From the NCBI GenBank assembly GCA_964016885.1, contig OZ024756.1, positions 10,168,001-10,232,000 on the forward strand: 64,000 bases of DNA, read 5' to 3'. The DNA comes from Eledone cirrhosa. Its lineage: Eukaryota. Each line of letters starts with the position of its first letter. The stretch's first letter is position 1. The notes beneath the pieces are model-generated. The model saw only the letters and a program-made list of their open reading frames with translations. It was not told the origin of the DNA and searched no databases. A program made the translations under genes and the position numbers. This document shows positions 36,101-51,100 of this stretch, piece by piece.

Positions 36101-39100
36101 GAGCAAGAAGACCTAGTTTGAGGTGATAAAAGCTGATCTCACACAATTGATGGAAGCTATAGAGTAGGAAGACCTGGGATGAGGTGATAAAAGCTGACTT
36201 CACACAATTGATGGAAGCTATGGAGTAAGAAGACCTAGTTTGAGGTGATAAAAGCTGACTTCACACAATTGATGGAAGCTATAGAGTAGGAAGACCTGGG
36301 ATGAGGTGATAAAAGCTGACTTCACACAATTGATGGAAGCTATGGAGTAAGAAGACCTAGTTTGAGGTGATAAAAGCTGACTTCACACAATTGATGGAAG
36401 CTATAGAGTAGGAAGACCTGGGATGAGGTGATAAAAGCTGACCTCACACAATTGATGGAAGCAATGGAGTAAGAAGACCTAGTTTGAGGTGATAAAAGCT
36501 GACTTCACACAATTGATGGAAGCTATAGAGTAGGAAGACCTGGCAATGAGGTGATAAAATCTGACTTCACACAATTGATGGAAGCTATAGAGTAAGAAGA
36601 CCTAGTTTGAGGTGATAAAAGCTGACTTCACACAATTGATGGAAGCTATGGAGTAAGAAGACCTAGTTTGAGGTGATAAAAGCTGACTTCACACAATTGA
36701 TGGAAGCTATGGAGTAAGAAGACCTAGTTTGAGGTGATAAAAGCTGACTTCACACAATTGATGGAAGTCATAGAATAGGAAGACCTGGGATGAGGTGATA
36801 AAAGCTGACTTCACACAATTGATGGAAGCTATGGAATAGGCAGACCTGGGATGAGGTGATAAAGCTGACCTCACACAATTGATGGAAGCTATAGAGTAGG
36901 AAGACCTAGTTTGAGGTGATAAAAGCTGACTTCACACAATTGATGGAAGCTATGGAGTAAGAAGACCTAATTTGAGGTGATAAAAGCTGACTTCACACAA
37001 TTGATGGAAGCTATAGAGTAGGAAGACCTGGGATGGGGTGATAAAAGCTGACTTCACACAATTGATGGAAGCTATGGAGTAAGAAGACCTAGTTTGAGGT
37101 GATAAAAGCTGACTTCACACAATTGATGGAAGCTATGGAGTAGGAAGACCTAATTTGAGGTGATAAAAGCTGACTTCACACAATTGATGGAAGCTATAGA
37201 GTAGGAAGACCTGGGATGGGGTGATAAAAGCTGACTTCACACAATTGATGGAAGCTATAGAGTAGGAAGACCTAGTTTGAGGTGATAAAAGCTGACTTCA
37301 CACAATTGATGGAAGCTATAGAGTAGGAACACCTGGCATGAGGTGATAAAAGCTGACTTCACACAATTGATAGAAGCTATAGAGTAGGAAGACCTGGGAT
37401 GAGGTGATAAAAGCCGACTTCACACAATTGATGGAAGCTATGGAATAGGCAGACCTGGGATGAGGTGATAAAAGCTGACCTCACACAATTGATGGAAGCT
37501 ATGGAGTAAGAACACCTAGTTTGAGGTGATAAAAGCTGACTTCACACAATTGATGGAAGCTATAGAGTAAGAAGACGTAATTTGAGGTGATAAAAGCTGA
37601 CTTCACACAATTGATGGAAGCTATAGAGTAGGAAGACCTGGGATGGGGTGATAAAAGCTGACTTCACACAATTGATGGAAGCTATGGAGTAGGAAGACCT
37701 AATTTGAGGTGATAAAAGCTGACTTCACACAATTGATGGAAGCTATAGAGTAGGAAGACCTGGGATGGGGTGATAAAAGCTGACTTCACACAATTGATGG
37801 AAGCTATGGAGTAAGAAGACCTAGTTTGAGGTGATAAAAGCTGACTTCACACAATTGATGGAAGCTATAGAGTAGGAAGACCTGGGATGAGGTGATAAAA
37901 GCTGACTTCACACAATTGATGGAAGCTATAGAGTAGGAAGACCTAGTTTGAGGTGATAAAAGCTGACTTCACACAATTGATGGAAGCTATGGAGTAAGAA
38001 GACCTAGTTTGAGGTGATAAAAGCTGATCTCACACAATTGATGGAAGCTATAGAGTAGGAAGACCTGGGGTGAGGTGATAAAAGCTGACTTCACACAATT
38101 GATGGAAGCTATGGAGTAAGAAGACCTAGTTTGAGGTGATAAAAGCTGACTTCAAACAATTGATGGAAGCTATAGAGTAGGAAGACCTAGTTTGAGGTGA
38201 TAAAAGCTGACTTCACACAATTGATGGAAGCTATAGAGTAGGAAGACCTGGGATGAGGTGACTTCACACAATTGATGGAAGCTATAGAGTAGGAAGACCT
38301 GGGATGAGGTGATAAAAGCTGACTTCACACAATTGATGGAAGCTATGGAGTAAGAAGACCTAGTTTGAGGTGATAAAAGCTGATCTCACACAATTGATGG
38401 AAGCTATAGAGTAGGAAGACCTGGGATGAGGTGATAAAAGCTGACTTCACACAATTGATGGAAGCTATGAAGTAAGAAGACCTAGTTTGAGGTGATAAAA
38501 GCTGACTTCACACAATTGATGGAAGCTATAGAGTAGGAAGACCTGGGATGGGGTGATAAAAGCTGACTTCACACAATTGATGGAAGCTATAGAGTAGGAA
38601 GACCTAGTTTGAGGTGATAAAAGCTGACTTCACACAATTGATGGAAGCTATAGAGTAGGAACACCTGGCATGAGGTGATAAAAGCTGACTTCACACAATT
38701 GATAGAAGCTATAGAGTAGGAAGACCTGGGATGAGGTGATAAAAGCCGACTTCACACAATTGATGGAAGCTATGGAATAGGCAGACCTGGGATGAGGTGA
38801 TAAAAGCTGACCTCACACAATTGATGGAAGCTATGGAGTAAGAACACCTAGTTTGAGGTGATAAAAGCTGACTTCACACAATTGATGGAAGCTATAGAGT
38901 AAGAAGACGTAATTTGAGGTGATAAAAGCTGACTTCACACAATTGATGGAAGCTATAGAGTAGGAAGACCTGGGATGGGGTGATAAAAGCTGACTTCACA
39001 CAATTGATGGAAGCTATGGAGTAGGAAGACCTAATTTGAGGTGATAAAAGCTGACTTCACACAATTGATGGAAGCTATAGAGTAGGAAGACCTGGGATGG

Positions 39101-42100
39101 GGTGATAAAAGCTGACTTCACACAATTGATGGAAGCTATGGAGTAAGAAGACCTAGTTTGAGGTGATAAAAGCTGACTTCACACAATTGATGGAAGCTAT
39201 AGAGTAGGAAGACCTGGGATGAGGTGATAAAAGCTGACTTCACACAATTGATGGAAGCTATAGAGTAGGAAGACCTAGTTTGAGGTGATAAAAGCTGACT
39301 TCACACAATTGATGGAAGCTATGGAGTAAGAAGACCTAGTTTGAGGTGATAAAAGCTGATCTCACACAATTGATGGAAGCTATAGAGTAGGAAGACCTGG
39401 GGTGAGGTGATAAAAGCTGACTTCACACAATTGATGGAAGCTATGGAGTAAGAAGACCTAGTTTGAGGTGATAAAAGCTGACTTCAAACAATTGATGGAA
39501 GCTATAGAGTAGGAAGACCTAGTTTGAGGTGATAAAAGCTGACTTCACACAATTGATGGAAGCTATAGAGTAGGAAGACCTGGGATGAGGTGACTTCACA
39601 CAATTGATGGAAGCTATAGAGTAGGAAGACCTGGGATGAGGTGATAAAAGCTGACTTCACACAATTGATGGAAGCTATGGAGTAAGAAGACCTAGTTTGA
39701 GGTGATAAAAGCTGATCTCACACAATTGATGGAAGCTATAGAGTAGGAAGACCTGGGATGAGGTGATAAAAGCTGACTTCACACAATTGATGGAAGCTAT
39801 GAAGTAAGAAGACCTAGTTTGAGGTGATAAAAGCTGACTTCACACAATTGATGGAAGCTATAGAGTAGGAAGACCTGGGATGAGGTGATAAAAGATGACC
39901 TCACACAATTGATGGAAGCTATGGAGTAAGAAGACCTAGTTTGAGGTGATAAAAGCTGATCTCACACAATTGATGGAAGCTATAGAGTAGGAAGACCTGG
40001 GATGAGGTGATAAAAGCTGACTTCACACAATTGATGGAAGCTATGGAGTAAGAAGACCTAGTTTGAGGTGATAAAAGCTGACTTCACACAATTGATGGAA
40101 GCTATAGAGTAGGAAGACCTGGGATGAGGTGATAAAAGCTGACTTCACACAATTGATGGAAGCTATGGAGTAAGAAGACCTAGTTTGAGGTGATAAAAGC
40201 TGACTTCACACAATTGATGGAAGCTATAGAGTAGGAAGACCTGGGATGAGGTGATAAAAGCTGACCTCACACAATTGATGGAAGCAATGGAGTAAGAAGA
40301 CCTAGTTTGAGGTGATAAAAGCTGACTTCACACAATTGATGGACGCTATAGAGTAAGAAGACGTAATTTGAGGTGATAAAAGCTGACTTCACACAATTGA
40401 TGGAAGCTATAGAGTAGGAAGACCTAATTTGAGGTGATAAAAGCTGACTTCACACAATTGATGGAAGCTATAGAGTAGGAAGACCTGGGATGAGGTGATA
40501 AAAGCTGACCTCACACAATTGATGGAAGCAATGGAGTAAGAAGACCTAGTTTGAGGTGATAAAAGCTGACTTCACACAATTGATGGACGCTATAGAGTAA
40601 GAAGACGTAATTTGAGGTGATAAAAGCTGACTTCACACAATTGATGGAAGCTATAGAGTAGGAAGACCTGGGATGAGGTGATAAAAGCTGACCTCACACA
40701 ATTGATGGAAGCAATGGAGTAAGAAGACCTAGTTTGAGGTGATAAAAGCTGACTTCACACAATTGATGGAAGCTATGGAGTAAGAAGACCTAATTTGAGG
40801 TGATAAAAGCTGACTTCACACAATTGATGGAAGTCATAGAATAGGAAGACCTGGGATGAGGTGATAAAAGCTGACTTCACACAATTGATGGAAGCTATAG
40901 AGTAGGAAGACCTAGTTTGAGGTGATAAAAGCTGACTTCACACAATTGATGGAAGCTATGGAGTAAGAAGACCTAATTTGAGGTGATAAAAGCTGACTTC
41001 ACACAATTGATGGAAGCTATAGAGTAGGAAGACCTGGGATGGGGTGATAAAAGCTGACTTCACACAATTGATAGAAGCTATAGAGTAGGAAGACCTAGTT
41101 TGAGGTGATAAAAGCTGACTTAACACAATTGATGGAAGCTATAGAGTAGGAAGACCTGGCATGAGGTGATAAAAGCTGACTTCACACAATTGATAGAAGC
41201 TATAGAGTAGGAAGACCTGGGATGAGGTGATAAAAGCCGACTTCACACAATTGATGGAAGCTATGGAATAGGCAGACCTGGGATGAGGTGATAAAAGCTG
41301 ACCTCACACAATTGATGGAAGCTATGGAGTAAGAACACCTAGTTTGAGGTGATAAAAGCTGACTTCACACAATTGATGGAAGCTATAGAGTAGGAAGACC
41401 TGGGATGAGGTGATAAAAGCTTACTTCACACAATTGATGGAAGCTATAGAGTAAGAAGACGTAATTTGAGGTGATAAAAGCTGACTTCACACAATTGATG
41501 GAAGCTATAGAGTAGGAAGACCTGGGATGGGGTGATAAAAGCTGACTTCACACAATTGATGGAAGCTATGGAGTAAGAAAACCTAGTTTGAGGTGATAAA
41601 AGATGACTTCACACAATTGATGGAAGCTATAGAGTAGGAAGACCTGGGATGAGGTGATAAAAGATGACCTCACACAATTGATGGAAGCTATGGAGTAAGA
41701 AGACCTAGTTTGAGGTGATAAAAGCTGATCTCACACAATTGATGGAAGCTATAGAGTAGGAAGACCTGGGATGAGGTGATAAAAGCTGACTTCACACAAT
41801 TGATGGAAGCTATGGAGTAAGAAGACCTAGTTTGAGGTGATAAAAGCTGACTTCACACAATTGATGGAAGCTATAGAGTAGGAAGACCTGGGATGAGGTG
41901 ATAAAAGCTGACTTCACACAATTGATGGAAGCTATAGAGTAGGAAGACCTGGGATGAGGTGATAAAAGCTGACCTCACACAATTGATGGAAGCAATGGAG
42001 TAAGAAGACCTAGTTTGAGGTGATAAAAGCTGACTTCACACAATTGATGGAAGCTATAGAGTAGGAAGACCTGGGATGAGGTGATAAAAGCTGACTTCAC

Positions 42101-45100
42101 ACAATTGATGGAAGCTATAGAGTAAGAAGACCTAGTTTGAGGTGATAAAAGCTGACTTCACACAATTGATGGAAGCTATGGAGTAAGAAGACCTAGTTTG
42201 AGCTGATAAAAGCTGACTTCACACAATTGATGGAAGCTATGGAGTAAGAAGACCTAGTTTGAGGTGATAAAAGCTGACTTCACACAATTGATGGAAGTCA
42301 TAGAATAGGAAGACCTGGGATGAGGTGATAAAAGCTGACTTCACACAATTGATGGAAGCTATAGAGTAGGAAGACCTAGTTTGAGGTGATAAAAGCTGAC
42401 TTCACACAATTGATGGAAGCTATGGAGTAAGAAGACCTAATTTGAGGTGATAAAAGCTGACTTCACACAATTGATGGAAGCTATAGAGTAGGAAGACCTG
42501 GGATGGGGTGATAAAAGCTGACTTCACACAATTGATGGAAGCTATGGAGTAAGAAGACCTAGTTTGAGGTGATAAAAGCTGACTTCACACAATTGATGGA
42601 AGCTATGGAGTAGGAAGACCTAATTTGAGGTGATAAAAGCTGACTTCACACAATTGATGGAAGCTATAGAGTAGGAAGACCTGGGATGGGGTGATAAAAG
42701 CTGACTTCACACAATTGATGGAAGCTATAGAGTAGGAAGACCTAGTTTGAGGTGATAAAAGCTGACTTCACACAATTGATGGAAGCTATAGAGTAGGAAC
42801 ACCTGGCATGAGGTGATAAAAGCTGACTTCACACAATTGATAGAAGCTATAGAGTAGGAAGACCTGGGATGAGGTGATAAAAGCCGACTTCACACAATTG
42901 ATGGAAGCTATGGAATAGGCAGACCTGGGATGAGGTGATAAAAGCTGACCTCACACAATTGATGGAAGCTATGGAGTAAGAACACCTAGTTTGAGGTGAT
43001 AAAAGCTGACTTCACACAATTGATGGAAGCTATAGAGCAGGAAGACCTGGGATGGGGTGATAAAAGCTTACTTCACACAATTGATGGAAGCTATAGAGTA
43101 AGAAGACGTAATTTGAGGTGATAAAAGCTGACTTCACACAATTGATGGAAGCTATAGAGTAGGAAGACCTGGGATGGGGTGATAAAAGCTTACTTCACAC
43201 AATTGATGGAAGCTATAGAGTAAGAAGACGTAATTTGAGGTGATAAAAGCTGACTTCACACAATTGATGGAAGCTATAGAGTAGGAAGACCTGGGATGGG
43301 GTGATAAAAGCTGACTTCACACAATTGATGGAAGCTATGGAGTAAGAAGACCTAGTTTGAGGTGATAAAAGCTGACTTCACACAATTGATGGAAGCTATG
43401 GAGTAGGAAGACCTGGGATGGGGTGATAAAAGCTTACTTCACACAATTGATGGAAGCTATAGAGTAAGAAGACGTAATTTGAGGTGATAAAAGCTGACTT
43501 CACACAATTGATGGAAGCTATAGAGTAGGAAGACCTGGGATGGGGTGATAAAAGCTGACTTCACACAATTGATGGAAGCTATAGAGTAAGAAGACGTAAT
43601 TTGAGGTGATAAAAGCTGACTTCACACAATTGATGGAAGCTATAGAGTAGGAAGACCTGGGATGGGGTGATAAAAGCTGACTTCACACAATTGATGGAAG
43701 CTATGGAGTAAGAAGACCTAGTTTGAGGTGATAAAAGCTGACTTCACACAATTGATGGAAGCTATGGAGTAGGAAGACCTAATTTGAGGTGATAAAAGCT
43801 GACTTCACACAATTGATGGAAGCTATAGAGTAGGAAGACCTGGGATGGGGTGATAAAAGCTGACTTCACACAATTGATGGAAGCTATGGAGTAAGAAGAC
43901 CTAGTTTGAGGTGATAAAAGCTGACTTCACACAATTGATGGAAGCTATGGAGTAGGAAGACCTAATTTGAGGTGATAAAAGCTGACTTCACACAATTGAT
44001 GGAAGCTATAGAGTAGGAAGACCTGGGATGGGGTGATAAAAGCTGACTTCACACAATTGATGGAAGCTATGGAGTAAGAAGACCTAGTTTGAGGTGATAA
44101 AAGCTGACTTCACACAATTGATGGAAGCTATAGAGTAGGAAGACCTGGGATGAGGTGATAAAAGCTGACTTCACACAATTGATGGAAGCTATAGAGTAGG
44201 AAGACCTAGTTTGAGGTGATAAAAGCTGACTTCACACAATTGATGGAAGCTATGGAGTAAGAAGACCTAGTTTGAGGTGATAAAAGCTGATCTCACACAA
44301 TTGATGGAAGCTATAGAGTAGGAAGACCTGGGGTGAGGTGATAAAAGCTGACTTCACACAATTGATAGAAGCTATGGAGTAAGAAGACCTAGTTTGAGGT
44401 GATAAAAGCTGACTTCAAACAATTGATGGAAGCTATAGAGTAGGAAGACCTAGTTTGAGGTGATAAAAGCTGACTTCACACAATTGATGGAAGCTATGGA
44501 GTAAGAAGACCTAGTTTGAGGTGATAAAAGCTGATCTCACACAATTGATGGAAGCTATAGAGTAGGAAGACCTGGGATGAGGTGATAAAAGCTGACTTCA
44601 CACAATTGATGGAAGCTATGAAGTAAGAAGACCTAGTTTGAGGTGATAAAAGCTGACTTCACACAATTGATGGAAGCTATAGAGTAGGAAGACCTGGGAT
44701 GAGGTGATAAAAGCTGACCTCACACAATTGATGGAAGCTATGGAGTAAGAAGACCTAGTTTGAGGTGATAAAAGCTGATCTCACACAATTGATGGAAGCT
44801 ATAGAGTAGGAAGACCTAGTTTGAGATGATAAAAGCTGACTTCACACAATTGATGGAAGCTATAGAGTAGGAAGACCTGGGATGAGGTGATAAAAGCTGA
44901 CCTCACACAATTGATGGAAGCTATGGAGTAAGAAGACCTAGTTTGAGGTGATAAAAGCTGACTTCACACAATTGATGGAAGCTATAGAGTAGGAAGACCT
45001 GGGATGAGGTGATAAAAGCTGACTTCACACAATTGATGGACGCTATAGAGTAAGAAGACGTAATTTGAGGTGATAAAAGCTGACTTCACACAATTGATGG

Positions 45101-48100
45101 AAGCTATGGAGTAAGAAGACCTAGTTTGAGGTGATAAAAGCTGACTTCACACAATTGATGGAAGCTATGGAGTAGGAAGACCTAATTTGAGGTGATAAAA
45201 GCTGACTTCACACAATTGATGGAAGCTATAGAGTAGAAGACCTGGGATGGGGTGATAAAAGCTGACTTCACACAATTGATGGAAGCTATAGAGTAGGAAG
45301 ACCTAGTTTGAGGTGATAAAAGCTGACTTCACACAATTGATGGAAGCTATAGAGTAGGAAGACCTGGCATGAGGTGATAAAAGCTGACTTCACACAATTG
45401 ATAGAAGCTATAGAGTAGGAAGACCTGGGATGAGGTGATAAAAGCCGACTTCACACAATTGATGGAAGCTATGGAATAGGCAGACCTGGGATGAGGTGAT
45501 AAAAGCTGACCTCACACAATTGATGGAAGCTATGGAGTAAGAACACCTAGTTTGAGGTGATAAAAGCTGACTTCACACAATTGATGGAAGCTATAGAGTA
45601 GGAAGACCTGGGATGAGGTGATAAAAGCTTACTTCACACAATTGATGGAAGCTATAGAGTAAGAAGACGTAATTTGAGGTGATAAAAGCTGACTTCACAC
45701 AATTGATGGAAGCTATAGAGTAGGAAGACCTGGGATGGGGTGATAAAAGCTGACTTCACACAATTGATGGAAGCTATGGAGTAAGAAGACCTAGTTTGAG
45801 GTGATAAAAGCTGACTTCACACAATTGATGGAAGCTATAGAGTAGGAAGACCTGGGATGAGGTGATAAAAGCTGACTTCACACAATTGATGGAAGCTATG
45901 GAGTAAGAAGACCTAGTTTGAGGTGATAAAAGCTGACTTCACACAATTGATGGAAGCTATAGAGTAGGAAGACCTGGGATGAGGTGATAAAAGCTGACCT
46001 CACACAATTGATGGAAGCAATGGAGTAAGAAGACCTAGTTTGAGGTGATAAAAGCTGACTTCACACAATTGATGGACGCTATAGAGTAAGAAGACGTAAT
46101 TTGAGGTGATAAAAGCTGACTTGACACAATTGATGGAAGCTATAGAGTAGGAAGACCTAATTTGAGGTGATAAAAGCTGACTTCACACAATTGATGGAAG
46201 TCATAGAATAGGAAGACCTGGGATGAGGTGATAAAAGCTGACTTCACACAATTGATGGAAGCTATAGAGTAGGAAGACCTAGTTTGAGGTGATAAAAGCT
46301 GACTTCACACAATTGATGGAAGCTATGGAGTAAGAAGACCTAATTTGAGGTGATAAAAGCTGACTTCACACAATTGATGGAAGCTATAGAGTAGGAAGAC
46401 CTGGGATGAGGTGATAAAAGCTGACCTCACACAATTGATGGAAGCAATGGAGTAAGAAGACCTAGTTTGAGGTGATAAAAGCTGACTTCACACAATTGAT
46501 GGACGCTATAGAGTAAGAAGACGTAATTTGAGGTGATAAAAGCTGACTTCACACAATTGATGGAAGCTATAGAGTAGGAAGACCTGGGATGGGGTGATAA
46601 AAGCTGACTTCACACAATTGATGGAAGCTATGGAGTAAGAAAACCTAGTTTGAGGTGATAAAAGATGACTTCACACAATTGATGGAAGCTATAGAGTAGG
46701 AAGACCTGGGATGAGGTGATAAAAGATGACCTCACACAATTGATGGAAGCTATGGAGTAAGAAGACCTAGTTTGAGGTGATAAAAGCTGATCTCACACAA
46801 TTGATGGAAGCTATAGAGTAGGAAGACCTGGGATGAGGTGATAAAAGCTGACTTCACACAATTGATGGAAGCTATGGAGTAAGAAGACCTAGTTTGAGGT
46901 GATAAAAGCTGACTTCACACAATTGATGGAAGCTATAGAGTAGGAAGACCTGGGATGAGGTGATAAAAGCTGACTTCACACAATTGATGGAAGCTATGGA
47001 GTAAGAAGACCTAGTTTGAGGTGATAAAAGCTGACTTCACACAATTGATGGAAGCTATAGAGTAGGAAGACCTGGGATGAGGTGATAAAAGCTGACCTCA
47101 CACAATTGATGGAAGCAATGGAGTAAGAAGACCTAGTTTGAGGTGATAAAAGCTGACTTCACACAATTGATGGAAGCTATAGAGTAGGAAGACCTGGCAA
47201 TGAGGTGATAAAAGCTGACTTCACACAATTGATGGAAGCTATAGAGTAAGAAGACCTAGTTTGAGGTGATAAAAGCTGACTTCACACAATTGATGGAAGC
47301 TATGGAGTAAGAAGACCTAGTTTGAGGTGATAAAAGCTGACTTCACACAATTGATGGAAGCTATGGAGTAAGAAGACCTAGTTTGAGGTGATAAAATCTG
47401 ACTTCACACAATTGATGGAAGTCATAGAATAGGAAGACCTGGGATGAGGTGATAAAAGCTGACTTCACACAATTGATGGAAGCTATAGAGTAGGAAGACC
47501 TGGGATGAGGTGATAAAAGCTGACTTCACACAATTGATGGAAGCAATGGAGTAAGAAGACCTAGTTTGAGGTGATAAAAGCTGACTTCACACAATTGATG
47601 GAAGTCATAGAATAGGAAGACCTGGGATGAGGTGATAAAAGCTGACTTCACACAATTGATGGAAGCTATGGAATAGGCAGACCTGGGATGAGGTGATAAA
47701 AGCCGACCTCACACAATTGATGGAAGCTATAGAGTAGGAAGACCTAGTTTGAGGTGATAAAAGCTGACTTCACACAATTGATGGAAGCTATGGAGTAAGA
47801 AGACCTAATTTGAGGTGATAAAAGCTGACTTCACACAATTGATGGAAGCTATAGAGTAGGAAGACCTGGGATGGGGTGATAAAAGCTGACTTCACACAAT
47901 TGATGGAAGCTATGGAGTAAGAAGACCTAGTTTGAGGTGATAAAAGCTGACTTCACACAATTGATGGAAGCTATGGAGTAGGAAGACCTAATTTGAGGTG
48001 ATAAAAGCTGACTTCACACAATTGATGGAAGCTATAGAGTAGGAAGACCTGGGATGGGGTGATAAAAGCTGACTTCACACAATTGATAGAAGCTATAGAG

Positions 48101-51100
48101 TAGGAAGACCTGGGATGAGGTGATAAAAGCCGACTTCACACAATTGATGGAAGCTATAGAGTAGGAAGACCTGGGATGGGGTGATAAAAGCTGACTTCAC
48201 ACAATTGATAGAAGCTATAGAGTAGGAAGACCTGGGATGGGGTGATAAAAGCTGACTTCACACAATTGATGGAAGCTATGGAGTAAGAAGACCTAGTTTG
48301 AGGTGATAAAAGCTGACTTCACACAATTGATGGAAGCTATAGAGTAGGAACACCTGGCATGAGGTGATAAAAGCTGACTTCACACAATTGATAGAAGCTA
48401 TAGAGTAGGAAGACCTGGGATGAGGTGATAAAAGCCGACTTCACACAATTGATGGAAGCTATGGAATAGGCAGACCTGGGATGAGGTGATAAAAGCTGAC
48501 CTCACACAATTGATGGAAGCTATGGAGTAAGAACACCTAGTTTGAGGTGATAAAAGCTGACTTCACACAATTGATGGAAGCTATAGAGTAGGAAGACCTG
48601 GGATGAGGTGATAAAAGCTTACTTCACACAATTGATGGAAGCTATAGAGTAAGAAGACGTAATTTGAGGTGATAAAAGCTGACTTCACACAATTGATGGA
48701 AGCTATAGAGTAGAAGACCTGGGATGGGGTGATAAAAGCTGACTTCACACAATTGATGGAAGCTATAGAGTAGGAAGACCTAGTTTGAGGTGATAAAAGC
48801 TGACTTCACACAATTGATGGAAGCTATAGAGTAGGAAGACCTGGCATGAGGTGATAAAAGCTGACTTCACACAATTGATAGAAGCTATAGAGTAGGAAGA
48901 CCTGGGATGAGGTGATAAAAGCCGACTTCACACAATTGATGGAAGCTATGGAATAGGCAGACCTGGGATGAGGTGATAAAAGCTGACCTCACACAATTGA
49001 TGGAAGCTATGGAGTAAGAACACCTAGTTTGAGGTGATAAAAGCTGACTTCACACAATTGATGGAAGCTATAGAGTAGGAAGACCTGGGATGAGGTGATA
49101 AAAGCTTACTTCACACAATTGATGGAAGCTATAGAGTAAGAAGACGTAATTTGAGGTGATAAAAGCTGACTTCACACAATTGATGGAAGCTATAGAGTAG
49201 GAAGACCTGGGATGGGGTGATAAAAGCTGACTTCACACAATTGATGGAAGCTATGGAGTAAGAAGACCTAGTTTGAGGTGATAAAAGCTGACTTCACACA
49301 ATTGATGGAAGCTATAGAGTAGGAAGACCTGGGATGAGGTGATAAAAGCTGACTTCACACAATTGATGGAAGCTATGGAGTAAGAAGACCTAGTTTGAGG
49401 TGATAAAAGCTGACTTCACACAATTGATGGAAGCTATAGAGTAGGAAGACCTGGGATGAGGTGATAAAAGCTGACTTCACACAATTGATGGAAGCTATAG
49501 AGTAGGAAGACCTAGTTTGAGGTGATAAAAGCTGACTTCACACAATTGATGGAAGCTATGGAGTAAGAAGACCTAATTTGAGGTGATAAAAGCTGACTTC
49601 ACACAATTGATGGAAGCTATAGAGTAGGAAGACCTGGGATGAGGTGATAAAAGCTGACCTCACACAATTGATGGAAGCAATGGAGTAAGAAGACCTAGTT
49701 TGAGGTGATAAAAGCTGACTTCACACAATTGATGGACGCTATAGAGTAAGAAGACGTAATTTGAGGTGATAAAAGCTGACTTCACACAATTGATGGAAGC
49801 TATAGAGTAGGAAGACCTAATTTGAGGTGATAAAAGCTGACTTCACACAATTGATGGAAGTCATAGAATAGGAAGACCTGGGATGAGGTGATAAAAGCTG
49901 ACTTCACACAATTGATGGAAGCTATAGAGTAGGAAGACCTGGGATGGGGTGATAAAAGCTGACTTCACACAATTGATGGAAGCTATGGAGTAAGAAGACC
50001 TAGTTTGAGGTGATAAAAGCTGACTTCACACAATTGATGGAAGCTATAGAGTAGGAAGACCTGGGATGGGGTGATAAAAGCTGACTTCACACAATTGATA
50101 GAAGCTATAGAGTAGGAAGACCTAGTTTGAGGTGATAAAAGCTGACTTAACACAATTGATGGAAGCTATAGAGTAGGAAGACCTGGCATGAGGTGATAAA
50201 AGCTGACTTCACACAATTGATAGAAGCTATAGAGTAGGAAGACCTGGGATGAGGTGATAAAAGCCGACTTCACACAATTGATGGAAGCTATGGAATAGGC
50301 AGACCTGGGATGAGGTGATAAAAGCTGACCTCACACAATTGATGGAAGCTATGGAGTAAGAACACCTAGTTTGAGGTGATAAAAGCTGACTTCACACAAT
50401 TGATGGAAGCTATAGAGTAGGAAGACCTGGGATGAGGTGATAAAAGCTTACTTCACACAATTGATGGAAGCTATAGAGTAAGAAGACGTAATTTGAGGTG
50501 ATAAAAGCTGACTTCACACAATTGATGGAAGCTATAGAGTAGGAAGACCTGGGATGGGGTGATAAAAGCTGACTTCACACAATTGATGGAAGCTATGGAG
50601 TAAGAAAACCTAGTTTGAGGTGATAAAAGATGACTTCACACAATTGATGGAAGCTATAGAGTAGGAAGACCTGGGATGAGGTGATAAAAGATGACCTCAC
50701 ACAATTGATGGAAGCTATGGAGTAAGAAGACCTAGTTTGAGGTGATAAAAGCTGATCTCACACAATTGATGGAAGCTATAGAGTAGGAAGACCTGGGATG
50801 AGGTGATAAAAGCTGACTTCACACAATTGATGGAAGCTATGGAGTAAGAAGACCTAGTTTGAGGTGATAAAAGCTGACTTCACACAATTGATGGAAGCTA
50901 TAGAGTAGGAAGACCTGGGATGAGGTGATAAAAGCTGACTTCACACAATTGATGGAAGCTATGGAGTAAGAAGACCTAGTTTGAGGTGATAAAAGCTGAC
51001 TTCACACAATTGATGGAAGCTATAGAGTAGGAAGACCTGGGATGAGGTGATAAAAGCTGACCTCACACAATTGATGGAAGCAATGGAGTAAGAAGACCTA

